Of a stretch of DNA of 64,000 bases, positions 39,501 to 54,500 are shown one piece after another. Location of the stretch: NCBI GenBank assembly GCA_002633005.1, contig NMRA01000002.1, positions 2,934,228 to 2,998,227 on the forward strand, read 5' to 3'. Source of the stretch: Phoronis australis. Taxonomy: Eukaryota; Animalia; Phoronida. The notes under the pieces were generated by a model that ran no database searches, had not been told where the DNA came from, and saw only the letters and a program-made list of their open reading frames with translations. Positions within the stretch are counted from its first letter, which is position 1. Every line of letters starts with the position of its first letter. Position numbers and translations under genes: made by a program.

Positions 39501-42500
39501 ACTAGATGACTGAAAAATTTTTGTTGCGCATACATGCACTGCCATCTAGTGTTCACTTGCAATTTCAACAAGAACTTACGTAGTCCAATTCTACAGCAGT
39601 TTTAAAAAAAATCACCAAGCTTTAAAGTTGCCGCTACTGTGTTGAGGGCAACTGCACAAAAAAGCCAAATGTTGTGAAATATCAGTGAACGAAAGAAATA
39701 ACGATTCGTCTTTGTCAACTTGGCACATTTTGTCACCAGAACTTGACACTGGACTAAGCGGAATTCACCTAGTTTTCAAAATGAACTGTACAGTCTTTGC
39801 CAAAACTCGTATAGTCATTTCCCTTAAAATTTACATCAATTATTAACCCATCAAAATGTAGACACACAACTGAACGTCTGCTCTCAATACCACTTGCAAA
39901 ATGACAGTTTTTAATTAATCTAAGATTTCACCCTGTTTTGCTTCCCTGAACTTTTCCCTGAACTTTTACCCGCTTTTTCATTTCCCACAAGTGTGGACTT
40001 CATTTTCATCATTGTCCAGGTTTTCCACGATTTCCACCAGAGGGCACTGACCTACCGAGGCAAGACTGGGGTTCTTGTAGGGGTACTTGTGTACTACAGC
40101 CTGGTACTCCGTGTCATTCTGCACTGTGATGGCCGTGTAATTATCCTCCTCAAATATATTGTGGAAGATCTGAAGCCACTTCTTCATGATAATCTCGTTA
40201 TATAAATCCCTGCAATGGAGAGTGCATAAGTTTTACAGAGACAAAAAACCTCTTAACACTGTCAAAATGCCCAGCGTCTCAGGAATAATTTATTTAATGT
40301 TTACACAGTGCCAGGCATAACACAGGCACAAAGAACATCGGCAAAAAGAGCACAACACATCTGCTCAGATGGAAAAATACAAATAATTTTAAGCAAAAAG
40401 GTCACTCATAAGATAATTGGAAAGAAAGTGGTGTTAAAACAAACCAGTGTAAGGTATCAATGTGCTGTGGCTGTGTGAAGTCATATAATGCATATAACTG
40501 AGCTCTGTACTTACAAAATGAAGAAGACCTCTCAACAATAAGACAATCATTTAATTTTAACCTAGTGATCTATTTCTAACAGCAAATCTTCCGCAACACA
40601 ACACATGATATGATGGACAAGTGATATTCTACTTTGTCAATTTTTCCATACAAATAAAAATTTTAGACATTTTTTGTAGCTTTTTTCTAGCATGTTTTGT
40701 ACTGTCTGTCCACTTTTTTAAAGGAGACAGGCAGACTTGAAAACTTCCTTAACGAAGAACCTGTCAATTGATAACAGGGGTCTTGTGAGTTTTAACTCCA
40801 GTGTTTTGCACAACAGGCTTAACCATGAGTCCTGCACATGCCTAACACATTGCAAAAGACATCAGATCGCTTGCACTTCTTTTACTGTCTGGATATCATA
40901 AACAACATTTAAGTAAGGTTACGGAGGACCTTATTGACAAGTCTGCATTTAACAAATATCTAGAAAAGTACAAATTTTGACTCAGTAAACGTACATATTT
41001 TCTGAGATTAGAAAGACTGCGGAATTTGATTTTAGACTTTTTAGCAAACAGTTATTAATTGGATCACATGACCACGTTTCTTTACTAAAAATTTGTGAAA
41101 AGAAGATAAATTGATAGCAAAAGAGTGGTATCAATCACATGATCATATTTTATTCGATATAAATGTTCAGGTGAGATATCAAAAACACTGTTAGTTTTGT
41201 AAAATATTATAATCGTTTTCGTTTTATCAACTTAAAAAAGATTTTTCATGAAAATCATAAAAGTACTATTTTTTGATAGCTCCTCATGCAAAAGTGGACC
41301 ATTGTTAATTCCTAACAGCGTTTTTGAGAATAGTGCAAAAAGCATTGTATCCAACGTTTCCTGTGAATCGAATCAGTCATTTCTGAGACATTATGTTCCA
41401 AAAGTTTGCCAAATTTGACCATTTTTATAGGGTTCTACATATCCTTAAGTTTCCATTATTTGCTGCCTAGTAACCAGCCTTTGAAAAATGGAAATTATTT
41501 TGTACAAAGTAAGTGAAGAATGACCGCATTGTTTACTATTGAACCTGTACTTTTACCTGCTGCATCGACTTACCTGATCTCAACCAGTAACTCGTATAGC
41601 TGGCTAACGTTGAAGTTATATCCCTTGAGTGTGAGACAAAAGAGAACTATCGTGTTCTTGATTTGCAGCATGAGACTAGCGTCTGTACAGTATGCCTGTT
41701 GAGAATGAAGAATAACAGGGGTGTCGACGACATCACCAACATTTCAACAAAGACGTGAATGAGCTTAAACTATCCAGAATCAATTGGAAAACTGGTGGTA
41801 CAGACATAAATTCAACAAAAAAGTGACAAATCTCAATGTAATTCTCTATCAGCGACCTGGAACAAGAACGTAGACTACCCTTTTGTAGCCAAATTTTCGA
41901 ACTGTACCTAGACGTAACACAGCAGTGCATTCAGGTATCTTTAACACAATAATTGTTTACGACCCTTCTGAGCAATCGTAACTCAACCCAAACTTAAGTC
42001 AGAGATGTCATATACAATGCAGATCAAATATTAAGTAAGATATAATCAATTCACAAAAAAATCAACAAAGAATGCTTCAACAATGTAGCTGTCCATCAAA
42101 CCTACCGAGTGTGTCCGTAATACAGCAACTATTTTGGACAGTGCCATCTCCCATAGTTCATTGATGTACGACCTATTCACCAGACCTGTTGTAGTGTTGA
42201 GGATATGATCTTCTACCACGAAAAATCTGCACGAGACAAGCTCAAGGTGAGTTCACTCCCAAAGAGCGTCTTGATTAATACATGTCATTCAGAAAAAAGT
42301 CATCCGAACATATGTCATTCAGAAAAAATCAATCTATTCATTGAATGATACTAAAAATAATTCATACAACTCCACTATTTTATAACTTAACATTTTTCAA
42401 ATTTAAAAAAAATGCATTGCCATGGAATCCATCACCTAAACGTTGCTAAAATTACTAAATGCAAGATGTGGCTTTTAACATCTTACCCGATGATGTCATG

Positions 42501-45500
42501 GAAATATGACTTGTAGCCGTCGAGACTTTCATGCTGAAAAGAAGAGTCATTGTTTGATGATACACAGTGTTGTACAGGCAAAGTTGATAACTAATGATTT
42601 GTGACAGCGTAGCACTAAGGATTATAGTAATTAGAGCAAGGTCTCATTCTTTAACGCAAGGTTCTCATGAGTGAAAATTTGTGAGGTCACATTGTTCTCC
42701 TATAACACACAGCGATATCTTGTGAGAAGTCTTGCGTGATCTCACAAAATTCACAAGACAACAGTCTTACTGAACATGGCCCAGACTGGACACGTGCTCA
42801 TCCACTGAACACACGCATGAGGATTTTCTTAACCGAAAACAGAATTTCGTGACATTCGTATTAATTGCTACCATTTCCTACAAGGTAATTGAATTCTTGC
42901 AACATCTCTCCACATGCTCTGTAACAATATACTATCAGTTTATTTGTTTGCAGAAAAACAAAATCAGGCACAAAAACGTATATATAGTTATAGAACATGT
43001 TTTTAGAGAAGTTGTAAAAATTACTAGCAGACAAAAAATATTTGCCACAACACAAATTTTCTTCATTGTCCAGGACATCCTGAAAGATTTCACAAATAAT
43101 GATTCTCTTTTTGAGGCACGTTTTCAGATAACATCTCTAGATTAGTGATATAGGTGACAGCACTAGAAGTGTAATTTAACTAGTGATATTGCTGAAAGCA
43201 CTTGTGAACTTTAACTAGAGATTTAACTGACACAGCATTAGTGAAATGTATGTAGCGATATAGCTGATAGGACTAGTGGAAATTAGCTAGTAATATAGCT
43301 GACAGCACAAGTGAAATATAACTAGTGATATAAATGACAGCACGGGTGAAATCTAACTAGCGATATAGTTGACAGCACTAGTGAGATGAAGGCACTAATT
43401 GTAAGTAAGTGGTTAGGCAAAACACACGTCAACCAAACAGACGTAGGGATATACAAGACATCATCCATACACTTTTTAACGCCATTCAAATCTTGAAAAA
43501 GGTCATTTCAGTTTTCAATATTGTAACGAGGAATACTTTATTCCCACAATGCACTTAAACCTTCACTTGCAAAATACACCCATTCAATGAATTATGCCAC
43601 GATAAAAGTGCAAGTGATTGACACACATGCACAATGAAAAAATTCAGAATTAGTTAAAAGAAAGCCTTGCTCACTAAACACATCGATTTAAAAAGAAGAA
43701 ATGACAGCTTGAGGTCGGTGTTTGTCCCAAATTTTAGAAATAGGCCATAATGGCCATTCAAAATTCAAAAAACGATGCAAAGACAGCAAAATTACCCACT
43801 TTGTAGATTGGAATAACATGGTCCGAAATTTGAGAAATATGATGAATGCCAAAATCACCCTTGTCCCAAACTCCAGAATAAAGAAACCCATTTTTGTGGG
43901 TTTTTCTGTTTCCCTAATTCTAGACACAAATTGGAGAATTTTTCAGTAGTCAAAGAACACTGAGTCTCAAGCAGAGAAAACAATATAACAGATTGGGGAC
44001 TTTCAAAAACACTGATACAGTTCTGTAGTAAATTGTGCAATGGAAACAATGATTATTTGGCTTCTCAGCAAAACGGCACAGGGGCACGTGTCTTCGCCCA
44101 ACAATAATTGCTCACTGGGAAGTTTGCCAGCACATTCAATGCATGCGATTTGTGTCAGGAAGAAAATCTCCGCCAACTGGAGACAAACGAATCATGTGTT
44201 ACCATACTCAATGTCTAACGCAGAAGTCCCTTCTCATTTTGAAACCAGACAAATTATCTTAAAGTGAGAGTGCGCGAGTTTTGGAGGCCCAAAAATATTC
44301 CACTTTAAACCAATAAAACGTTTGAGCCTAAGACAGAAATTGAGCTTATATGAGCTTCTTGGCAACCACCATGCAATTGTGGAAAACTAGAAGTTAATGT
44401 TAAACTGCTTATGTCAAAAGTCACAGTTTTGTCTTCTGGCATGCGAAAGTAAAGCAAGTCAATACCGACCAGTGAAATACATGCGTGTCCCCACACAATT
44501 GTAATACTAGTTGCCGAGCACGGGATATACACCAACAATCTCACTTTAAGTTACCACCACCCCATTAAGAGCCAGTCAGGAAATATACAAGACAAACATT
44601 AGTCACATAATACAGAACAGGCAGTTAGTAGATACAAACTACACTTACATGAACGATCATTCTACTACAGTTAGATCATTCGTGGTAACGGCAAACGACA
44701 CGTGACCTACCTTCTCAAACGTGGACAATATGGCGGGTCCCACGCGCTGAACAAGCAAGTCAAACAGCGATTAGATTTTATTGAGGAACTGTTTCCAGTT
44801 GCAAGCAAGATGTATACCTCTAATGCTACTTGGCAGATTGTGATCGAGCTTACGAAAAAAACTACTTCAATTTGAGACACAGATAATGTGCTATAATTGC
44901 CATATTTTTAATTTTCAGAGGCTTACAACATTGTCGCAAGTCCTCAAAATTTTACTTAATGTTGTTTGGTAATAGCCACGCCATGCAAACCATGCTAACA
45001 GCAAAGTAAATTTTCCTGAAAAGCTATTTTTGTTGAGAAATTCGACAAAATGAAGTTTCACTTGGCCACCATACAGTGCCTCAAATTGAAGAATTTTTAT
45101 TGTAAAGTTGACCCAGCTTGGTAATGGAAAATAGCCAACTATTTTGATTCCACATACCAGAGTAAAAAACACTGCAAAGCAATTGAAATGCCATTTCTAA
45201 AATCCATTGGTCTGTTTACACAAACTTTAAGCTTATAAACATCGGCACAACATTTTGGCTGGCATTTCTCTGGCAACGTCTTTTAGTGTTCATGGAAATG
45301 TAAAAAGCACGGAAGTTGGCGCATTAAAAAAGTAGACCAACAGATTTTAGAAACGATAATACTACAATCACCACCTTCTTTTTTATTTTATTATTTAACT
45401 ATAAGATACTGTAAGACATTATTGACAAGTCTGTACATTTACTCAAAACTCTAACAAAACTATTGGTTTTTAACTAGTATAAGTATACATTTTTTGAAAG

Positions 45501-48500
45501 CAGAATTTACGTAGACTTGATTTTTGACTTTATACCAATGATAAGGTTGCGTGACATAGCAAAAAAGAAGGGTACATTCATAGCAAAACCACAGGATCAA
45601 AAACACGACCAAATTTTGTATGATATAATTGTTCAAGATAAAATTTAAGAAACACTGTTACAGTTTTCTTAACTATCGTTTTGTTTATGTTCTATGTAAC
45701 TTAAAACTTTTTTCATAAAAATCATATTAAGTCCTATTTTTGAGAGCCCTCAATGCAAAAATGGAACATTTTAAAAAACGATTCCTCACAGAGTTTTTGG
45801 AGAACAGTATAAAAAATGTAGTATCTGCAAACTTCATATGAATCCGATCAGCCATTAAAATGATACGATGTTCTGAAGTTTTCCAGGGTCCTCCATAATC
45901 TTAATTCACAACTTGTTCACCTTCGTGAATTAGTTTTCTTTGCACTTAAACTTGGACAGCGAAAACATGTTACACATCTTAGTATCTAAAATGTTGTTTC
46001 TTGTACGATGGGCCTGCCCCCCTTAGAACACACGTAGACTTTGATTTGATTTACAAGACGGGGTGTAGACTTTGATTTGATTTACAAGACGGGGTGAAGC
46101 CCGAATGCAACACATACCTACCATATTTGACGGAGGATTCAACGCGAGGCGAGCCTGCTTCCGTCTCTGTTTTCGATAGTACGACTCAAACTGTTCTCTA
46201 GCACTCTAGAATGACACGAAGAACATTTTGTACATTTTCAAAGATTCCAAAGCACTCCCAGTATTTTGAAAAATCCCTTTCAAAATATTTTCAGCATCTT
46301 GAAATGCTTTCCACATTTTAAGATCACTATAAATGTCCGTATTAAAAAAAGTTGACAGGAACAGTTGCTTTGACAGTCCCGGAAACAAATATGATTCACA
46401 AGACAGCGATCCCAGTACAACTGACCTATCGCCAGGACTTTGAGTGACAGCTTAACTGACCAATCGAAATGGAGCATTCTTGAAACACCTTTGTTTCCAA
46501 GCTGCCATTTTACCCAACAAACAAAATGTTGTCAGGTAAAATTTATTGTTTGTTTGTCAACTTTAGCCAAGGCGGTGGAGCTTGCAAAAGGTCAATTTTA
46601 AAAAGAAAGACACTTATTCGTTAGCAGACTTTAGAAATGAATTTACTTCAACATGACAAATGGAAAGCCACACACAGCACATACAGTGCAAGACAAAAGT
46701 AATCAAACAAAATACAGTTTCCCATCAAGGCAGCTAATTCAGAGAACAGCAAAACTGACAGGTAAAAGCTATTATAGTCGCAAAATTCAAATGACAGAAC
46801 GACTTAGCCAACTCTGTAGCTCTTATGTTAACTCCCCTTCATTTTTGGTCGTGACGGAAGGCTGTTCTGTTGATAAGTTATGCTTCTACCCAGCCGTCAT
46901 GACAGGGGAATTATGCATAATTTAGTATTATTGAAATACTTTTGGCATGCAATGTATTTAAAAAACTTCCTTATTGTAATGTGGCGAGCAATCATTTGAT
47001 TGGATGATTGCTTCTGAGGCTAGATTTGCTACTGCCAACTGGATGTATTCAATGGATGTATTGATAATTTTGTCTTGGCTTATTAACGCGGTATGCGGCA
47101 TTAAACCGATAGGAACAAAATAATAACAAACAACATACCAAAACTGAATAGATATGTAAACACCTGTAGACTGGTGAAAAGTCGACCAAATCCTGAGCAC
47201 TCAGGTCCTGAAAGAGGAATAGCATGTATAAATGCTTATAATCTGATAAGTCAGGAAATTATCTACGGCATGCTAGTTATTTCAATCATTCAAAGCTTTG
47301 GTGTGATTGTCAGGGCGCGGGTTCTAATCTTTTTACTCGAAATGGAACTCGAAATTATGTTTGGCATTATCTACTCTTACTACTTTTGTGCGAACTCAAG
47401 ATTAGTGTCTATTACTCTATGCTCGAGTACATAATGACTTGCGCGCAAAGTTTTTTAGTCCAAGTTTGCAGTTGATAAATCCAAAATAAAGGCTAAAAGT
47501 TCGAGTTTGAACTCAAAATTTCGAGTTTTTACTAGGAACTTGTAGCACAAATATAAGGGTCTCAAGTGCAAACTTGGACCAGAAATTCATATGCGTAAAC
47601 TATGAAGTATTCGAGCACAGTCTAATAACCACTTGTCTTGAGTTTGCATAAAAGTAGAAGAGAAATTGCCAAAAATAATCGTTGAGTTTGTTTCGAGTAC
47701 AAAGATTAGATTCCGCGCCCAGAACTGTTCATGTTACAACAAACCATAACCACAGCGCCGTATTTTATTTTAAATGAGAACATACCAAGTCACTATTTTG
47801 ACCTAAAAAGAGCTGTTGAGTAATTACATCATACCGAACTGTTATGTACAATGTAGCAGCATTTCCACATTTTTTAGACCAAATTATCACGGTTTCATTG
47901 TCAAAATAACTGACTAAACAAAGACAAGGGACGACAAACCTCATCAAGTGTTTCTGGTACGTGAAGCTCATCCGCGTCTTCGAAAGGATTCGTTGACTTT
48001 GGGGAGTCTGGCTCATCTGCGAAGGGGTTGGATGGTGGCGAGGGCGCTGATGTCGGCGGTGGTGGGGCTTTACGCTTTTGTTTCTTGGCTCGACGTTTGG
48101 CAAGGGTAACATCCATCTTGTTCTGCTCTGCACACTGAAAGGTAACCCACATCCACAAATGAAGAGTAAACTTTCATGCAACAGTTTCAACAAGTAATTA
48201 TTTTATTTCGAATTCTTATACATTGAGCCAGAGCCTTGCCAGTCAATTTTGCCGATCGTTGCATAGGGTATTTGCAGAAAGTTTGGTGAGATTACAGCAA
48301 TTCTCTCATTTTGCACACTAACATTTGGCAAATTTGACATATTTCCAGTTTTCAAAGGCTGATTACTTGGCTGCTAATAATGGAAAATTTACCAAAAGTT
48401 GTTTTATGACATCTACACAGTACAAACCATGCTAGTAATAGACCAAAATTTTCTTGGTCATTATTGTTGTGGAGAAATTTGGCAAAACATATGTTCTGGC

Positions 48501-51500
48501 TAGTGTTTCATGAGACACCTGGTGCCTCACTAGTGCACTCTAGTAAAACGAGAACAATCGAAAGTAACTGCAACGCTGAAAAGTTAGATAGGTGTCCCTA
48601 TGCCTTTTGCAGTGCATCAGACGCGCTTGGTTCACATCGTTGGACATTTTGCACTGATCACAAGATTATGACTTTTAGAGGATCTTCATGAATGAAATTC
48701 TCCAGCCTGCTGCTTTTTCTTGGGAAATTGGAGAAACAGTTAATTCAAACCTGTATGATCTGGCGATTTCTACCAGACAGGTTACGTGTCCATAATGTAG
48801 AAGGCTGCAACGCCTTTGATAAGCAGGGCAAATGTCTATTAAATAGAAGTCTCGGCTTCCATTCCACACTTAGGGCTGCTTGAGCATGCCATGCGGCATG
48901 TTATACCTTGAAACCGCGCTAAGTTGCAGTGCCCAGTAATTTCCTGGATCACCTGCTGAATACCAACTAAGCCATAAAAGTTTGATAGAACCCTTTGGCT
49001 CCATAAGGCATTGGCCGCTACTCCAAAATGGTGAATTTCAGCACTCATCACAAGCCTCACCCTCAAACTGAACCTGGGCCAGGGATCTAATCTTTCTACT
49101 CGGAATCGGACTGAATTATTTTTGACATTTTCTAATCTACTTTATTTGTGCTGTTTCCAGGTAAGCATCTTATCACTGAATATTCTAGTACATAATGGCT
49201 TGCGTCGATAACTGTCTGATCCTAGTTTGCACTAATTTTGTTGACCACGTCATTACGGCTACAGGTTGAAGTCTGAACTCCAAGTTTGGACTTCTTACTT
49301 GAAATCTTGAGTGTTTACTTGACTTTGTAGTTCAAATCTAGGGATCTTCAAATAAGAACTTTTACCAGAAACTCGTGCGCATAAAACACAATGTATTCCA
49401 GCACAGAATACTTGAAACCTACCATGCCTTTGCACAAAAGTAAAACGGAAAATCCCACAAATTATTTTGAGTTTGATTTAAAGTACACAGATTTAGCCCC
49501 AGACCCTCATGACAATGGTAAAAACATGCTTCACGGCTACCTCATCACTAGCCTCTCCCTTGAACATAACCTGGTTACAAGAATATAAACTCATGGTCAC
49601 AAGACTATAAACTCACATGTTTCATGGCAACCTCGCCTAGTGTGGACGAGTGTTTACGAATACTCTCCAGGAAGTCCTTCAGATCTGACATGGACGCGTC
49701 CTTGATCTGCTCACGGAGCTGCGGTATCGTCTCCGTCATCACCTGACTGAACCTGTAGCTACTGACCCGCGGCAGGTAAGTGTGTTCCAACTGCTCCAAT
49801 GTCTTCAGTGCCGGGTAGTAACGCTTACTCTGCATCTGATCACGTAGTTTGTGGTACATCTCCAGAACTACAGTACAAGCCAAAAGTATTCACTAGACAA
49901 AATGTCCCAGAACACCCTGCAACGATGGCTGCGCAGAAGCCAAGGGTAGTCTTCCCCTCATGACTGATAATGACAGGAATTAGGAAAGTTAGTAAAGTGG
50001 GTTTTAAAGTCATTCTGTATGTAATTAGAATTTCACCACCCTAATAGTTATTATCAATAAGCTTTGTTGTCAGACTTAGCAGTTATGACTGGATACCGGT
50101 ATTTTGTTTGGTTACTTTGGTATTGTGGTGTAGGAAACAAAACAACAGGAATGACAACCATTGCACATAGAGGACAACACTTAGCTAAAGGACACTACTC
50201 AACATGACCTTATCTGTACGTTGAAATAAATATATATAAAATGATCCAGACGAAATCTAAAAAATGCTCCGTTACAGTTTTCTAAATCATTCTTCATTTT
50301 CGTTTGATGCACTTTTTTCATAAAAGCCTAAATTTTGATAGCCTCATGTGCCAAAATGTAACACCAACATCGTAACGTTTTGGAAAACGGTGCACAAAGT
50401 ACAGTATCTGAAAGTATTATTTAAATCTTCTTCTCTTCTAATCAGCCATCTGTGAGATGAGAAATTTTTATACGGTCTCCCATTACCCCTAACAAATTAC
50501 ATACTCTTAACACACCGTAAGCTTTTGATTCACCCTTAAAATACTGCTTTGCACAATCCCAGATTTTTTACTACACAAATATGGACCAATCACAAGGGTG
50601 ATATGAGGTCACATGAACTGAGAGAAAGCAGTGTTGCTCTCCCGAGGTCTGTATGATCCGATACACTCAAGGGATCCATCTATACTTGTTTTATCACCTG
50701 ACCACTGAATGCTTCTGACCTCTAATTTTTTCGTCTCTTATTAGATTTGCATGTTTTTTACATATTTTAATGTACTGGCATCGTCTATTTGCTTCACGGT
50801 CAGTGGTCGGATCATGAATAGCGATTTCTGACATCTGGGCACCATGAACGATATGTTATATTCCAGACTAAGTTGAATAATATTAGGCTCTATATCGGAA
50901 GTTGTCATACCGCGTCTCAGCAAATCAGAGGACAGAAGCATCGGGCACGGTTATCTGAGCAAAAATTCAAACATGGTGCAAATTTCGCGTCATGTTTTTG
51001 TACCTTTATTTCTGTTCTGTTAATTCAGAAAAACAACAATTAGTTACACATGATTTTTACTTGCTGGGCACGTCACTATGATTTTCAACACAAAACAATA
51101 ACAATAAGTACCACTATGCTACACTACTTGAGTCATGTCTTGTAACTCTGGCTCTTTAAGATTACCAAGCATGGAGCAAAACATGATGCAGCACCATGTT
51201 TATAAAAATTTAAGGACAACACTAGAGGGAGGAACAGTCACTTAATGGGTTCCACCATTTTGTGAACCAGATTTCTCCACTAACCAACAGGCCTGAAAAC
51301 TGGTTCTCAAAATCAGGGACCTCTAATCAACTATTGCCTGTGTTTGTGTAACAATATGTAGTAACTACTAGGAACAGTAGCCAATGCTAACTAACACCAA
51401 GAAAAAGATTGACATGTTCTGGCAAGATATCCTACCAAGTGGGACTCTAGGGTTAAGAACAGGAGCGTGACATGAATGATGGGATCAATGTGTCATAACC

Positions 51501-54500
51501 AGTTGCTAAGCACGCTCCCTTGAGCAGTTGACAAAGGGGAACAAGGAAACACATCTGAAGCTTGGCTAAAAATAGCCTATTGCAAATATCTTCAAAATGA
51601 TCTAAATGTTTAGCACTGTCACTGTTGGCAGTATTATTGCTGTAATTACGACGGTAATCTCTCATCAATTTTGCTGAAAAAAACAAAAATAACAATTCTC
51701 CATATGTTGTCGATTTGAGATACACAAGGCCAGTTCAAACCCGAAGCTTTTTTAACTTTTGCAATCTCACCGGTTCCTCAAATCTCGCAGATAATGATAA
51801 CCACTATGCGGTGTACCTGGTAAGCACAGCTCGAGATTCTCAATGGTGGACGCTATGTTCTGTTGCGTCTTGCGGCAGCGAACCAGTTCCTCCACCTTGG
51901 CTACCAGTTTCTTCCCCGACTCTTGGAGCGTCTCGTTGCTAAACTGGACGTCATCCTGTAGAAGAAACCACATTTATTAGGCATCATGGATAGCGAGTGA
52001 AAAACCAAAATAAGCGCAGAGTTGGCCTGCACAGAATTAACATGCGTACCATAACTAAACTTTCATGTTTTCCAAAAGCTTGCAACTTTGCAGCAATTTA
52101 CTAAAGACTTATTACCAAATGTTGCTTGATGACGGCAGTACATAATGTTCTTGACAGTTATGTTTATTAAAGAAGCAGTCTTATTGTGTACAAATTCTAA
52201 TAAGTCACTGTAACTTGCAGGTTACTGTAATGCATGTATGATATTGGGTGGATGACTCCCCATGTGGCCTCAGTGTGACACTGATGTTGAAATACTTAAA
52301 CATCTGGTAAAGTCATGCCCAGCTATTCACAGGTTTTGGAGCAAGGTCCTGTATGGCACCATTACACTCTGCTGAAGGAACCATTACACACAAATGGCAA
52401 CAAACAGAAAAAAATGACAATTTTCTTAAACTGGTAGGCTTGAAACTTCTTTCACAAAGATCCAGGGGTACATCCAGGATTTCAAAAATCAGGCGTCCAA
52501 AATGGATTTCCCAAATGCTCAAGACGTCCATGACAAATAATACACAACAGCGGCTTTATGACCCCAAGACTAATTAGCATTATAGTAATGTTACAGTAAC
52601 TGTGAAGACATAGTTCTGCACTAAAGTTTTTCGTATCTTACATCATATCTAAACCAACTTTTCATTGTGGACAGGCCACTGAGCTGCCAGAGGGGCTGCT
52701 GGCAAGTTAAAAGAGACAACCATGCTTACTTGCTTAGTGAACTTGGGTGTCAGAGTGTCCTAACTTGAGTGTATAAATTTGCGTCAGGGTGTCCATTTGG
52801 ACGCCCTGGACACCCCCTAAATGAAGGCCTGCGAAGATCCTGTTGAGTGATGACACGGGTCTTATTAGTTTCACTCAGGTGTTACGTGCAACGGGCCCGA
52901 CTGTGTGATGTATGTACGTCTCATGCACATCAAAAGACACCAGACTACCCGCACTCTAGCTTTATTGTATCCTAAATCACAGATCTACCAAACATTTTCC
53001 TATCAAAGTCACTTTGTTGAACAATATTTTTGTCAACACACAAAGCCTCAATTACCCAAGCGACACAATGAAAACTTGTATGAAACCCAACCAAGAAAAA
53101 TATGATTCATCGATCGCATATTGCTCATCCGTTCCAATTACACTATATTTCACCTGCTATTTTCTTACATATATNNNNNNNNNNNNNNNNNNNNNNNNNN
53201 NNNNNNNNNNNNNNNNNNNNNNNNNNNNNNNNNNNNNNNNNNNNNNNNNNNNNNNNNNNNNNNNNNNNNNNNNNNNNNNNNNNNNNNNNNNNNNNNNNNN
53301 NNNNNNNNNNNNNNNNNNNNNNNNNNNNNNNNNNNNNNNNNNNNNNNNNNNNNNNNNNNNNNNNNNNNNNNNNNCAGAGTGTGAGAGGGAGTGTGGGAGG
53401 GAGGGGAATCGGTGGGAGAGGGGTGGGAGGCAGGGAAAGAGGGAGGGGGGGGGGGTGGGAGAGAGGGAGGGAAACTTACAAGTTTTAAAACATTTATACG
53501 GTAGTAAAATCTTAACACTTTTGGCAAAAACTCTGGGAGCTTTGTGATACATTTCATTACAAAGGATAAAGCAAAGTTTCATTTATCAAAATCAAAACAT
53601 CGGTTGTCTTGCACATGGGTGACATACCCACAAAACCATAGGCAGGTCTGTTTATAGGGATGTCTGAAAATGCTAGTAATCTGCTGTGCTCACATTTGAC
53701 CTTTTCACAAGGAAGCACATTTGCACAGATGTCCATCAAACTGCAACAACAAGTCAGCTCTCTATCTGCAGCCTTCTGAGGAATGTCCACACAAACAATT
53801 TTGGCATTACCAAAGTATAACTGATATTCAAGTTCATAGATTCCTGTGTACTAAATGATTAATGGTTGGTGCAATTCAACCAGTCTTTGGTGAGAAGTGT
53901 AACACCATGGTAACAACCTGCCTATTGTGGTGAATGTCACATGACTAGGATTGGTTGGGAGTTATAAAAAGGGCTCGACATAACCAAGTAAACGCTCGAT
54001 AATACGAGTAGAAAAAGTAAAATACGAGTAGAAAATTGACCTCACACATAACATTCAAATGGCGCGGACTGGACGTTCAGGTTTTTTATTTTTTTTTTGT
54101 AGTTACTTTTTACGAGCCCAAATTCGAGAATACGAGTGGTAAATATGCCATCTGTCATATTTTCGAGCGCTGATAAAAAGCAGCCCCAAGAAACAGACAG
54201 GTGCTTTGTGTTTGTGTTATTGCCTCAACTTGACTGGAAAATAAAACTTTGGGAACAGACGATGTGATGCGAGACACTGTGTGTAACTGAAATTTTCTTT
54301 CCTCAAAAGCATTTAAACATAAATTACAAAATTCTTCACTGTCCAGTGGAAAATTAGTGATTTTTCGCGGTACAGAAAATAGGCTTAAAATAGTAGAAAA
54401 TCGTAATGTATCAACAAAATAACCTACAGTAAAAATTCTCCAGTTTGGGAGGGTGAAAAATTAATTATTTTACTCAATGTCGGAACTCCTACCAAATTTC

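Noticed and set aside
53014-53582. ORFs spanning the N run
   Set aside because: Artefacts of the assembly gap.
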